A DNA stretch of 64,000 nucleotides, from the IMG/VR virus record IMGVR_UViG_3300044653_000122. One strand, written 5' to 3'. The DNA is from an uncultured virus (IMG/VR IMGVR_UViG_3300044653_000122) (Duplodnaviria > Heunggongvirae > Uroviricota > Caudoviricetes). The notes under the pieces were generated by a model, which did not search any database, was not told where the DNA came from, and worked only from the letters and a program-made list of their open reading frames with translations. Each line of letters opens with the position of its first letter. Positions within the stretch are counted from its first letter, which is position 1. The position numbers and the translations under genes are program-made. Positions 28,341-36,719 of this stretch are shown piece by piece.

Positions 28341-28439
28341 TTACCTCCGCCTACGGATCAGGTACGCCCTCCGCCAGCAGGGCCGACACATGTACGGCTT
28401 GCCTGCGAGCTGAGAGGCGATCTGGCACCATTTGCACAT
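28341..28439 (-). CDS. 32-aa CxxC..CxxC basic micro-protein
   Basis: GGAGG SD; MCKWCQIASQLAGKPYMCRPCWRRAYLIRRRR. Confidence 0.55.
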   Translation of the reverse strand: MCKWCQIASQLAGKPYMCRPCWRRAYLIRRRR

Positions 28440-28470
28440 GGGCCGCCTCCTTTCAAGATGAAAGGCGCGG

Positions 28471-28503
28471 CTACGGCGGATGCAAAGAGGTCTCCGTCTT
28501 CAT
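28471..28503 (-). CDS. putative leader micro-ORF MKTETSLHPP
   Basis: GGTGTA motif and AGGAG SD; ends CCG CCG TAG. Confidence 0.5.
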   Translation of the reverse strand: MKTETSLHPP

Positions 28504-28520
28504 GTGGCTCCTATACACCA

Positions 28521-29183
28521 TCACTTTCCGAGAGTCGAGGCGTATGCAGCGACAAGGCGCTGATAGTCTGCGTTCGGGGCCCCTGCCGAGGTGGAGCCGT
28601 TCGCCATGGTCGAGGCTTCGACCAGCGAGAGGCCCATCGTCTTCATGAGATACCCAATGTGGAACGCCCCCGTGCGGTCAGCCCCGAGCTGGCAGTGGAC
28701 GTAGATGGCCGAGTCGACCATCGTGTGCAGCAGGTCGACGACGTGATTGATGAAACCAGAGTAGTCCCAACCCGGCGAGAAGAGAAACGTCTTCGGCTCG
28801 GTGTTGGCTGGAAGACCCTCGAAGGGTCGCCATACGATCGAGCCCGTGTGCATCGAGCCCTCAGCGTAGACCTCCGTGCCGAGCATCTTGTTCGGCTCGT
28901 AGCCAGCCTGCATCCAGGGTGGCCAGTAGGTTTGGGGGTAGATGTTTGGATCGACCTTGAAGGCCTTGAAGATAGCCTCGAACTGCTTCCGCTCACCCAC
29001 GTTGTCGATGATGGGCATCTCGACGAGTTTCATCGCCGAGATGTCTACCCCAGAGGCCTCCTCGATCTCGTTGTAGGCGTAGTGTAGGTCGCCCCCGAGG
29101 AGCGGCATGTTTCCGCGGATGAGAACGTTGCTGCCCACGGTGTCGATGTGTGCGCATCGACTCGCGAGAAAGGTCGAGCCCAT
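28521..29183 (-). CDS. protein-tyrosine/dual-specificity phosphatase family protein
   Basis: IYVHCQLGADRTG (CX5R). Confidence 0.85.
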   Translation of the reverse strand: MGSTFLASRCAHIDTVGSNVLIRGNMPLLGGDLHYAYNEIEEASGVDISAMKLVEMPIIDNVGERKQFEAIFKAFKVDPNIYPQTYWPPWMQAGYEPNKMLGTEVYAEGSMHTGSIVWRPFEGLPANTEPKTFLFSPGWDYSGFINHVVDLLHTMVDSAIYVHCQLGADRTGAFHIGYLMKTMGLSLVEASTMANGSTSAGAPNADYQRLVAAYASTLGK

Positions 29184-29203
29184 GCCTTGCTTCTGTCTAT
29201 GAG

Positions 29204-29276
29204 TGGAATCGAAGGGAGTCGAACCCTCGGCCTCTCCGATGCGAACGGAGTGCTCTCCCAACTGAGCTACGATCCC
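29204..29276 (-). tRNA. tRNA-Ala(CGC)
   Basis: CTCCG-TTCGCAT-CGGAG. Confidence 0.9.
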
Positions 29277-29344
29277 ATGGCAGGGCTCTCCCAGCGGTCA
29301 CACCACTGTGGCAGGTGTCGCCCTCCGTTACCCTGGAGACGGAG

Positions 29345-29415
29345 TGGACCGCCGGGGAATCGAACCCCGATCTTTCCCGTGCGAGGGGAATGTACGCCCA
29401 TTGTACTAGCAGCCC
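29345..29415 (-). tRNA. tRNA-Ala(CGC)
   Basis: TTCCC-CTCGCAC-GGGAA. Confidence 0.85.
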
Positions 29416-29524
29416 ATGCGAAGGGCCCCCGCCGTCCCCTTGCCCCATGGAGCGTGGGGGCGGACAGAAGCCTTGGGAGGTCTCACCTCCCGTTCTCAGA
29501 CCTTCATTGGCCCATCCTCCATTT

Positions 29525-30076
29525 TCACACACGCCCCAGGACTTTTCGTCCCAAGCGCATGAGCGCCAAGCCCGCTAGCTCCGGGTCCTGCACGTCTTCT
29601 CGCAGCTCAACCGCCTTGCTGTAGTCTACATGCCCATGAAGGTCTACGGGCGCGTAGAGCACGCTGATAAAGGTGCGGTGATTATGGGCCCCCAAAGAGA
29701 CTGCGATGTTTTCTAGGGGGTGCTTCGGAGCGAAGTAGTAGTAGATGTGCGTTCCCGACATGCTGGCGTTCGCGTGGAACGTGTCCCGGAACTTCTGCTT
29801 CAACAGAGCCAGGAAGCTCGGTAGCATGGCGGCAATCGATTCACGAGCCTCGTCGAAAAGCTGCCTGTCGGTCTTGACGACCGGCATCGGCTGCGTCTTC
29901 TGGAACTGTAGGTCGTGGAGGTAGCCTTTATCAGCGTACGCCGTCTTGACGTTGCCAGCATGAACACGAATCGCCCACTCCGTCACCCATGTGGGGATCG
30001 TCGGGTTTGGGGCGACCATCGCGACGCTCCAGCCCCATCGGCCAGCTACCTTGCGTGCAAGAGGATCGAGCGCCAT
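29525..30076 (-). CDS. hypothetical protein with DPLAxKVAxRW N-terminus
   Basis: shares N-terminal motif with other ORFs in the window. Confidence 0.65.
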   Translation of the reverse strand: MALDPLARKVAGRWGWSVAMVAPNPTIPTWVTEWAIRVHAGNVKTAYADKGYLHDLQFQKTQPMPVVKTDRQLFDEARESIAAMLPSFLALLKQKFRDTFHANASMSGTHIYYYFAPKHPLENIAVSLGAHNHRTFISVLYAPVDLHGHVDYSKAVELREDVQDPELAGLALMRLGRKVLGRV

Positions 30077-30105
30077 CGCTTGGTGCACCCGATAGGTAGA
30101 GTTTT

Positions 30106-30177
30106 GACTGGTGTGCGCCTGGTTACACCATCGCGCCCAAGTGAGCGTCTGCGGGGGTCGAACCCGCTCCACCAATC
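30106..30177 (-). ncRNA. circularly permuted tRNA-like RNA
   Basis: order T arm, closed acceptor-like hairpin, D arm, inside GATTGGTG/CACCAGTC helix. Confidence 0.55.
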
Positions 30178-30181
30178 GTAG

Positions 30182-30252
30182 CAGGCCAGGAGCGAATCGA
30201 ACGCTCTCGCTAGGGTTTTGGAGGCCCTGCCGTCACCATGACTGTCTGACCT
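30182..30252 (-). tRNA. tRNA-Trp(CCA)
   Basis: loop CTCCAAA. Confidence 0.8.
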
Positions 30253-30330
30253 ATGGTAGAGATGAAGTTGACGGACCGAGAAGCCCCAACCCTGGGAACC
30301 GTGGGTCACAGCTCCCCAACCTCATCTCAG

Positions 30331-30403
30331 CGCCTCGTACGGGGAACGATCCCGTCTACTCTTGATTGACAATCAAGCGCCGTCTCCTGCTGGCTCACGA
30401 GGC
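30331..30403 (-). tRNA. tRNA-Asp(GTC)
   Basis: CTTGA-TTGTCAA-TCAAG; T loop ATCG variant. Confidence 0.8.
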
Positions 30404-30436
30404 AAACCGGGGGAAGCTTTCCGCTTCCCCCATCTT

Positions 30437-31603
30437 TCACTCGACGCTGACGATGACGCCCGCGCCGACCGTCTTGCTACCCTCGCGGACTGCGAACCGC
30501 ATGCCGGGCTCCAAGCCGATGGGCACCATCAACTCCAACGAGACCTGTGCGTGGTCCCCAGGGTTGATCATCTTGTTCTCGCCGAAGCCCGTCACCGTGC
30601 CGGTGACATCGGTCGTGCCGAAGAAGAACTGGGGCTTGTATCCCGGGAAGATTGGCGTGTGCCGACCACCCTCCTCCTTCGGAATCACGAACAGCTCGGC
30701 CAGGGCCTTGGCGTGAGGTTGCACGGAGCCAGGGGCGATGAGCACCTGACCACGAACCACCTCGTCCCGGGCGACGCCGCGGAGGAGCAGACCGCAGTTC
30801 TCACCCGCACGTGCCTCAGGCTGGTCCTTGTGGAACATCTGGATGCTCGTGCACACGACCTGACGGGGTTTGGAGTCCGCCTCCACGAGCCCGACGATCT
30901 CGACGGTGGACCCCGCCTTGAGGACCCCACGCTCGATACGCCCAGTGACGACGGTGCCACGACCAGGGATCGTGTGCACGCCCTCGATGGGCATCATGAA
31001 CGGCGCGTCGTAGTCCCGCTTCGGGTCGGGGAAGTGCCGGTCCATCGTGGCGACCAGCTCTGCGATGCAGGCCCCATCCTCTGCGGGGTTCTTGAGCGCC
31101 TTGAGCGCCGAACCCTTGACCACCGGGCAGTCCTTGTAACCGTGCAGCTCCAGGCGCTCGACCGTCTCCATGACGACCAGCTCCAACAGCTCGGGATCGG
31201 AGATGTCCACCTTGTTGATGAACACGACGATCCTCTGAACCCCGACCTGGCGAGCGAGCAGGATGTGTTCCTTCGTCTGGTACTGGGGTCCCTGGCTACC
31301 GTCGACCAAAAGCACGGCTCCGTCCATCTGGGCGGCCCCCGTGATCATGTTCTTGATGTAGTCAGCGTGCCCAGGGCAATCGATGTGGGCGTAGTGCCTC
31401 GTGGCACTCTCGTACTCGACGTGGGACACGTTGATGGTCACCGTCTTCGACTCGTCGCGGACCGTGCCACCCTTGGCGATGTCCGCATAGGACTTGACCT
31501 TCGCGAGCTTCGAGTACGCTTGTACGGCCAGGAGGGCTGCCGTCAGCGTGGTCTTGCCGTGGTCGACGTGCCCGATCGTGCCCACATTTACGTGCGTTTT
31601 CAC
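30437..31603 (-). CDS. tuf: elongation factor Tu
   Basis: [48 protein letters not shown]. Confidence 0.97.
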   Translation of the reverse strand: MKTHVNVGTIGHVDHGKTTLTAALLAVQAYSKLAKVKSYADIAKGGTVRDESKTVTINVSHVEYESATRHYAHIDCPGHADYIKNMITGAAQMDGAVLLVDGSQGPQYQTKEHILLARQVGVQRIVVFINKVDISDPELLELVVMETVERLELHGYKDCPVVKGSALKALKNPAEDGACIAELVATMDRHFPDPKRDYDAPFMMPIEGVHTIPGRGTVVTGRIERGVLKAGSTVEIVGLVEADSKPRQVVCTSIQMFHKDQPEARAGENCGLLLRGVARDEVVRGQVLIAPGSVQPHAKALAELFVIPKEEGGRHTPIFPGYKPQFFFGTTDVTGTVTGFGENKMINPGDHAQVSLELMVPIGLEPGMRFAVREGSKTVGAGVIVSVE

Positions 31604-31678
31604 TGTTTCGTCTTTCGGGGGTGCCAGCCCCTTCTTTCTCCGTTGCGCCCCGTCGAGAGAGTCTCGACTCCAGGGACG

Positions 31679-31966
31679 TTAGAGCAGACCCTTCGTGTGA
31701 AGGATCCGCAACCTCTCGACGACCACATCCCGGAAGGACGGGTCGAAAACATCGGAAAGGGCTTCATCAAGCTTCGACAGAACCCTCTCGTGCTTCATCC
31801 CAGCGGCCAGGGCCTCCTTGTAGAAGGAGACCCAGCAGGGGATAGCGTTCTTCGTCAAGAGCATGCCGAGCAAGATGTCAAGCGGCATACCGTGCGTCTC
31901 GAAGAACCGATAGACATTTGCGAGGACGATCTTGCCGTCCGTCGTCTCACCCACAACCGTGAGCAT
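31679..31966 (-). CDS. small protein resembling an AlaRS helical segment
   Basis: VYRFFETHGMPLD resembles AlaRS F.LYDTYGFPLD. Confidence 0.55.
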   Translation of the reverse strand: MLTVVGETTDGKIVLANVYRFFETHGMPLDILLGMLLTKNAIPCWVSFYKEALAAGMKHERVLSKLDEALSDVFDPSFRDVVVERLRILHTKGLL

Positions 31967-31983
31967 GTTGTTCACTACACCGG

Positions 31984-32058
31984 CGGCCCCGAAGGGATTC
32001 GAACCCTCGTTCTCCTACGTGACAGGCAGGCGTCCACTCCTGGCTGGACCGCGGGGCC
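31984..32058 (-). tRNA. tRNA-Asp(GTC)
   Basis: CCTGC-CTGTCAC-GTAGG. Confidence 0.9.
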
Positions 32059-32078
32059 ATTCATCGTCACTATCTGGT

Positions 32079-32733
32079 CTATCCACGGTCTTCTCCTTTC
32101 TTTGGAGTGTTATGGCTAAGGGCGAGCACCACACGGTCGACCCCAATGGCCCACCCGATGCCCTCTTTGTAGCGGCCCCCACCAGCAATTTGCTTTTGGG
32201 CGCCGAGCGTTTCAACTTCGGCCTCGAACCCGTCCTCGACGTAGTACGTGAGGCCACGCTTGACCGCAGGGTTGAACTTGTAGGGAACCTGGAGACGATC
32301 GAGGCAAGCTCGGAGCGAGCCCTCAGCCTCCTCGGTGTCCCCCTTGCCCTGACCCCCTAGGATCTCGACGCCGAACTGCGTGAACTCCCGGTACCGGCCC
32401 GCCTGTGGGCGCTCGTAGCGGTAGCAGCGCTGGCAGTAGAAGATTTGGTAGGGCCGCTTGACGCTCCGGCTCCACTCGTCGTTCCAGAGGCGTTGGATGA
32501 GTGCGGTTGCCTCAGGGATGAAGACACACCGGACGATCACCCTTGTCCCGGAAGGCCCACATCTGGTTGACGATCTCAGGACCCGCCTTCTGTACGAAGG
32601 TCTCCTGATCCCACAGGGACGGGAGGATGACCTCCTCGAACCCACGGTCCGTGAGCGTCTCCCGAATCGTTGACGTGACCTTGGTGAAGAGCTTCGCTTC
32701 GGTGCCAGTGATGACGCGGGTGCCACGGATCAT
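32079..32733 (-). CDS. minimal HisRS-like catalytic domain, split by a +1 frameshift near 32515
   Basis: RGT..GFEEV..P; PEAT; YRYERPQAGRYREFTQFGVE; RGLTYY; GGGRY; GWAIGVDR. Confidence 0.85.
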
Positions 32734-32760
32734 GACGTGATCTCCAGTTGAGGTTTGCAG

Positions 32761-32850
32761 CGGAGAGAGGCGGAATCGAACCGCGTACCCCTTTCGAGGT
32801 ACACTCGCTTAGCAGGCGAGCGGTCCCTGCCAGTGGACCAGCTACTCTCC
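32761..32850 (-). tRNA. tRNA-Ser(GCT), atypical acceptor/D region
   Basis: CTCGC-CTGCTAA-GCGAG, long variable arm. Confidence 0.82.
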
Positions 32851-32851
32851 A

Positions 32852-32940
32852 TGGCGGAAGGTGGAAGAGTCGAACTTCTACGGCTCATCACCGCACTCTG
32901 GTGTTCGAAGCCAGTCGCCACCCACGTAGCAGCACCTTCC
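32852..32940 (-). tRNA. tRNA-Ser(CGA), 8/4-type fold
   Basis: GGAAGGTG/CACCTTCC, T stem GAAG/CTTC, loop TTCGAAC, CCA. Confidence 0.8.
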
Positions 32941-32945
32941 AAGAT

Positions 32946-33407
32946 TCAGTACTCGTAACTGATGGAGTCCTTCGACAGCTTGATGTTGTACATCTTGCAC
33001 CATTCCTCGTTGCGAGGAGTGAAGGCGTAGCTGGTGAACAAATCCCAGCAGTCTTGCCGGAAGCTGCCGCCCTTCCTCTCCCGAAACCTCGACGGGACGC
33101 CCCGGAGGTGCTCATAGACCGAGCGAACATCGAGGCGCGGGACCATCTGTTCAGAGATGTTTAGCAGCCTCTCTGGTCCGGTGCCCGGATACAGCTCGTG
33201 TTCGAAAAGCGTGATGCCCACGCCTCCGAACATCCCTGAGCAGTAGAGAGTGGTCACCAAAGGCGTCGGTTCGATGAGGGCGAGCGCTCGCTCAAGATCC
33301 TCTCGTGGGATCTTTTTCCACTCATCAGCAAGCTTGATACGCTCGTTTGTTGACCACAGCTCCGCGTTCAGAGCCTTGAGCCATGCACGGTCTTCGTCGC
33401 TCAGCAC
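32946..33407 (-). CDS. hypothetical protein
   Basis: GTG 10 nt after GGTGTA motif. Confidence 0.65.
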   Translation of the reverse strand: MLSDEDRAWLKALNAELWSTNERIKLADEWKKIPREDLERALALIEPTPLVTTLYCSGMFGGVGITLFEHELYPGTGPERLLNISEQMVPRLDVRSVYEHLRGVPSRFRERKGGSFRQDCWDLFTSYAFTPRNEEWCKMYNIKLSKDSISYEY

Positions 33408-33425
33408 AACGGGGTATTACACCGG

Positions 33426-33498
33426 CACCCCTGGCCCGACTCGAACGGGCGACATTTCGTTTAGGAAACGAACGCTCTATCCACTGAGCTACAGGGGC
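33426..33498 (-). tRNA. tRNA-Arg(CCT)
   Basis: TTCGT-TTCCTAA-ACGAA. Confidence 0.9.
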
Positions 33499-33499
33499 A

Positions 33500-33578
33500 T
33501 GGGGTGACCGAGGGGATTCGAACCCCCGAATGCGAGAATCACAATCTCGTGCCTTAACCAGACTTGGCTACGGCCACC
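33500..33578 (-). tRNA. tRNA-His(GTG)
   Basis: G-1:C73, loop TTGTGAT, CCA. Confidence 0.92.
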
Positions 33579-33721
33579 ATGGTCTCAGCGTACTGAGCCT
33601 TCTTTGAATGTTCCCACGTGGCACGGCCCGTATGGGGAAACTGCACCCGCCCGCGCGCCAGCCGGATGCTTGATTGTGTGAGGCCCCTGGAGCTAGTTGA
33701 GCGCGCGGAGGCCAGAAGATG

Positions 33722-33849
33722 GGGGAATGTGCCGGGGTTAGCCGGACGCTTGTGAGGACCGCAGAGGTTGCGGGGCGCCTCTCCTCCCCTCTTGCGAGGG
33801 TTCTTGAGACGCCCGAGATGCGATCCTGGTTGAGCTGCGTCACATCCCC
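33722..33849 (-). ncRNA. module RNA 1 (shared module, no tRNA arms)
   Basis: CTCGGG..CCCCGC..ACAAGC inside GGGGATGTG/CACATTCCCC helix. Confidence 0.65.
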
Positions 33850-33872
33850 GTAAGGTGCTCAACCCTGTAAAC

Positions 33873-34006
33873 TGGAGGCGGGTCTTGGAGTCGAACCAAG
33901 CAAGCTTGTAAGCACGCGGAGTTTGCGGGGCCCCCGTGGAGGCCCGAGTGATGCGCGCTGTCGATTTCTCTTATGAGGAGAAGCGGGACCCACGTCCCTA
34001 CCCGCC
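33873..34006 (-). ncRNA. module RNA 2: tRNA shell (CAT loop, CCA) with module in variable arm
   Basis: GGCGGGT/ACCCGCC-T-CCA; TTCTC-CTCATAA-GAGAA. Confidence 0.8.
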
Positions 34007-34015
34007 ATGATATTT

Positions 34016-34151
34016 GAAGACACCCGAGGTGCAACCCTGGTCACGCCTTACGGCGAGCAGTGGGGATCGAACCCACATCCTTCGGTTTCACGTACCAACG
34101 CTCATCCAGTTGAGCTATGCTTGTTAGGGCTACGAGGTGCGGGGTGCCTTC
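34016..34151 (-). ncRNA. module RNA 3: module encloses D/anticodon(GTG)/T arms
   Basis: GAAGGCACCCCGC...CTCGGGTGTCTTC terminal helix. Confidence 0.8.
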
Positions 34152-34153
34152 AG

Positions 34154-34282
34154 AGCCGGATCCAGGAGTCGAACCTGGCGAGCTTGTTAGCGCGCTTTGG
34201 GGCGGGGTCCCCGTGGAGACCCGAGTAGTGCACGCTGTGGTTTTACCTGGGAAAGGTAGCGGGACCCACGTCCCTATCCGGC
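34154..34282 (-). ncRNA. module RNA 4: tRNA shell (TCC-like loop) with module in variable arm
   Basis: GCCGGAT/ATCCGGC acceptor, T arm. Confidence 0.8.
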
Positions 34283-34323
34283 ATGATCTCGAACTTGTCC
34301 TACTTCGAAGGCGAGGACTTGCC

Positions 34324-34438
34324 TGGGGGCGGACTCTGGAGTCGAACCAGAGGCTTGTGTGCACGTTGGGGTGCGGGGCCCCCGTAGAGGCCCGAGGAAA
34401 ACGCGCAGTGAAAGTGGGACCCACGTCCCAAGTCCGCC
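34324..34438 (-). ncRNA. module RNA 5: tRNA shell with CCA, module replaces the anticodon arm
   Basis: GGCGGAC/GTCCGCC-C-CCA. Confidence 0.8.
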
Positions 34439-34447
34439 GAAATGTTA

Positions 34448-34573
34448 GGCGACGCCCGAGTTGCAACCCTGGTGTGTGGTAGCAGCAGGAATCGAACCTG
34501 CCCTGTCTCGTTATCAGCGAGATGCTCAACCAGTGAGCTTTGCTTGTGAGGGTAGCGGGGGCGGGGCGCCGCC
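34448..34573 (-). ncRNA. module RNA 6: module encloses D/anticodon(GAT)/T arms
   Basis: GGCGGCGCCCCGC...CTCGGGCGTCGCC. Confidence 0.8.
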
Positions 34574-34575
34574 AG

Positions 34576-34708
34576 CGCCGGATGAAGGAGTCGAACCTTC
34601 CTAGCTTGTAAGCACGCGTGGTTGCGGGGTCCCCTAAGAGACCCGAGTGGTGCGCGCTGGGAATGGCTTCCTTAACAGGGAAGTGACCTCCCCGAGGTCT
34701 AATCCGGC
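34576..34708 (-). ncRNA. module RNA 7: tRNA shell (GTT loop) with module in variable arm
   Basis: GCCGGAT/ATCCGGC; CTTCC-CTGTTAA-GGAAG. Confidence 0.8.
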
Positions 34709-34717
34709 ATGATGTTA

Positions 34718-34844
34718 GGAGACGCCCGAGATGCAACCCTGTTGTGTGTGCAGCGGGTGTCGAAACCCGCAACCCACGGCTTGAGAGGCCGTTGCTCTAC
34801 CATTGAGCTATGCTTGTGAGGGCTGCGAGGGGCGGGGCGCCTCC
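34718..34844 (-). ncRNA. module RNA 8: module encloses D/anticodon(CTC)/T arms
   Basis: GGAGGCGCCCCGC...CTCGGGCGTCTCC. Confidence 0.8.
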
Positions 34845-34846
34845 AG

Positions 34847-34980
34847 GGCCGACTGTGGGAATCGAACCCACTATGCTTGTATGCGCGTTGTGGGGCGGGG
34901 TCCCCGTGGAGACCCGAGATGTACGCGCAGGTGAATTGCTTCCTGTTCAGGGAAGTGCCCAACCGGAGGGCTTAGTCGGC
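34847..34980 (-). ncRNA. module RNA 9: tRNA shell (GAA loop) with module in variable arm
   Basis: GCCGACT/AGTCGGC; CTTCC-CTGAACA-GGAAG. Confidence 0.8.
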
Positions 34981-35017
34981 GAAACGTACGAGACTGGAAC
35001 TACTGAGAGAAGATTTC

Positions 35018-35163
35018 GGTCACGCCCGAGATTGACGCCTGTGTGCTGTATGTTCACTTTCGATGTGAATGCCTTACCGTTAGGCTACATCTCCCGAAGG
35101 AGGTGATGGGACTCGAACCCACATTTTGTGCTTGTAAGGCGTCGTGCTTGGCGGGGCGCGACC
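35018..35163 (-). ncRNA. module RNA 10: module encloses a permuted tRNA (T arm, TTCG-capped acceptor, D arm, anticodon arm)
   Basis: GGTCGCGCCCCGC...CTCGGGCGTGACC. Confidence 0.8.
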
Positions 35164-35166
35164 TAG

Positions 35167-35311
35167 CTGGGGGTCTAGGATTCGAACCTAGAAGAGCTTG
35201 TTTGAACCGCTTTTTGGCGGGGTCCCCGTGGAGACCCGAGATGCGATCCAGGGTTTTGCTTTCGCAACGTGGTTTGGAATCACGCTGGCCTGCCATCGGC
35301 CAATACCCCCA
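35167..35311 (-). ncRNA. module RNA 11: tRNA shell (CCA loop) with module in variable arm
   Basis: TGGGGGT/ACCCCCA acceptor, T arm. Confidence 0.8.
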
Positions 35312-35390
35312 ATGGGTTGTCGAGGAGTGACCCCGACGAGGAGGAGAGGTTACGTCTTGCCGGAACGACCGTCAAGATTTTTTGTGGGGG

Positions 35391-35972
35391 TCAGATTCGA
35401 ATCGTACCCCCGGGGCTGACCTGGTAGGACAGGCGCGCCCCCTTGCCGACGAACTCCTTGACGGAGTGTGCAACGTAAGCGGAAACGACCGCGAGGAAGG
35501 GGAGGTGCTCCCCGTTCTCACACGTCGGAGCGCCCTGGGCGTCCTCTTCGTCGATGACGAACGACTCGTCCCACGCTACGCGGCCGAAGTTGCCGTTGGC
35601 ATCCACAGCCGCATGAAGGCAGGGGATCTTGGCTTTGCGGACGAAGGTCTGGATGACACGCCGAGAGGCAGCGTTGTCCAGACAATCGACCACAAGGTCC
35701 GCTCCCCCGAGGAGCTGTTCAGCGTTGTCCGAAACGAGCTTGTTCGAGTTCGTCTGGAGCTTGACGCCGAAGAGGAGATCCATCGCTCCGGCGAGAGCCA
35801 GCACCTTCGGCTTACCTACGCCCGGCTTGCCGTGGAACTGGCTCTGGATGTTCTTCGCCTCCACACGGTCGAAGTCGATGACCTTGAGGGCCGCCTTGAC
35901 GTTGCGGAGGAGCATGACGGCCTGGGACCCGAGGGCACCCACGCCGACGAATACGATGGTCTTCATCTTCAT
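35391..35972 (-). CDS. ThiF/E1-like adenylyltransferase
   Basis: GVGALGS, IDFDRVEAKNIQSQ, GKPKV, VVDCLDN; candidate Cys in PTCE. Confidence 0.9.
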   Translation of the reverse strand: MKMKTIVFVGVGALGSQAVMLLRNVKAALKVIDFDRVEAKNIQSQFHGKPGVGKPKVLALAGAMDLLFGVKLQTNSNKLVSDNAEQLLGGADLVVDCLDNAASRRVIQTFVRKAKIPCLHAAVDANGNFGRVAWDESFVIDEEDAQGAPTCENGEHLPFLAVVSAYVAHSVKEFVGKGARLSYQVSPGGTIRI

Positions 35973-36033
35973 CTCCCTCGGGACATCACCAAGCCCCTCT
36001 GGTTACTACACCAGAGGGGCCAGCGAAATCCTC

Positions 36034-36306
36034 TCAACCATAGGCAGTCTTGGGTCTCACGAAAATGCGGTTGTGGTCCGCCTGCCCCGGCGCCGGATTG
36101 GCCGGCGCGTCGAAGCGGTCGACCATGAAGTTCGTGAGGTCGACGTTGGGATCCGCCACCACACCGGGAACGGATCCCGTGCGGATGGCCTCGGCCGCCC
36201 ACCCCTTGATGTCACCGTCCCCCGCCTGGTAGTGCACGGGGTCCGGCAGCTCGAAGTTCTGCCCGTTGTAGGTGATGTTCACCCGGGCCTCGTGAGGCTG
36301 GATCAT
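36034..36306 (-). CDS. putative ubiquitin-like protein
   Basis: 90 aa, beta-grasp-like pattern, ends RIFVRPKTAYG; lies between JAB and E1. Confidence 0.65.
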   Translation of the reverse strand: MIQPHEARVNITYNGQNFELPDPVHYQAGDGDIKGWAAEAIRTGSVPGVVADPNVDLTNFMVDRFDAPANPAPGQADHNRIFVRPKTAYG

Positions 36307-36710
36307 GGCTGCATCTCCTTCTGATCTGTTACCGGCTGCGAGTGCCGGCGAAGTTCCTCGACCCAAGGCGGCTCGTCGTAGACCTTCGAGACGCTGTAGT
36401 CGTACCGATTGGGACCGACCCACCGGACCACCACAAGACGGTCCATGCTGGCGATCCACCACTTGTATCGTCGCCCGAGCCCGCTCTCGCAGGCCTCGTA
36501 CGTCGTGATGTCTTCCCAAGAAGGGCCCGGCCAACCGAGGCCAGGGTGGCTGTGCGCCTGCCCCGACATGGTGAGCCGGTTCTCCCAGTAGACATCCCAG
36601 AGCTTGGGGCTGTCAGGGAGCGCGACGACATTTCGGTTGGTTGGCAGGTGCCAGTAAACAACCTGCGTCTCATCGGACCCGATGACAACCCCTGCTTCGC
36701 GCATGTTCAT
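36303..36710 (-). CDS. JAB/JAMM metallo-isopeptidase
   Basis: N-terminal E (REAG), HSHP....PSWED. Confidence 0.85.
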   Translation of the reverse strand: MNMREAGVVIGSDETQVVYWHLPTNRNVVALPDSPKLWDVYWENRLTMSGQAHSHPGLGWPGPSWEDITTYEACESGLGRRYKWWIASMDRLVVVRWVGPNRYDYSVSKVYDEPPWVEELRRHSQPVTDQKEMQP

Positions 36711-36719
36711 GTCGACCCC

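Noticed and set aside
33722..35311. CRISPR array interpretation of the repeats
   Set aside because: Repeats are short split motifs inside folded tRNA-like units, not constant direct repeats with unique spacers; no cas genes in the window
33873..35311. Ordinary or decayed tRNA genes
   Set aside because: Helices remain paired with compensatory changes and every unit carries the same extra module
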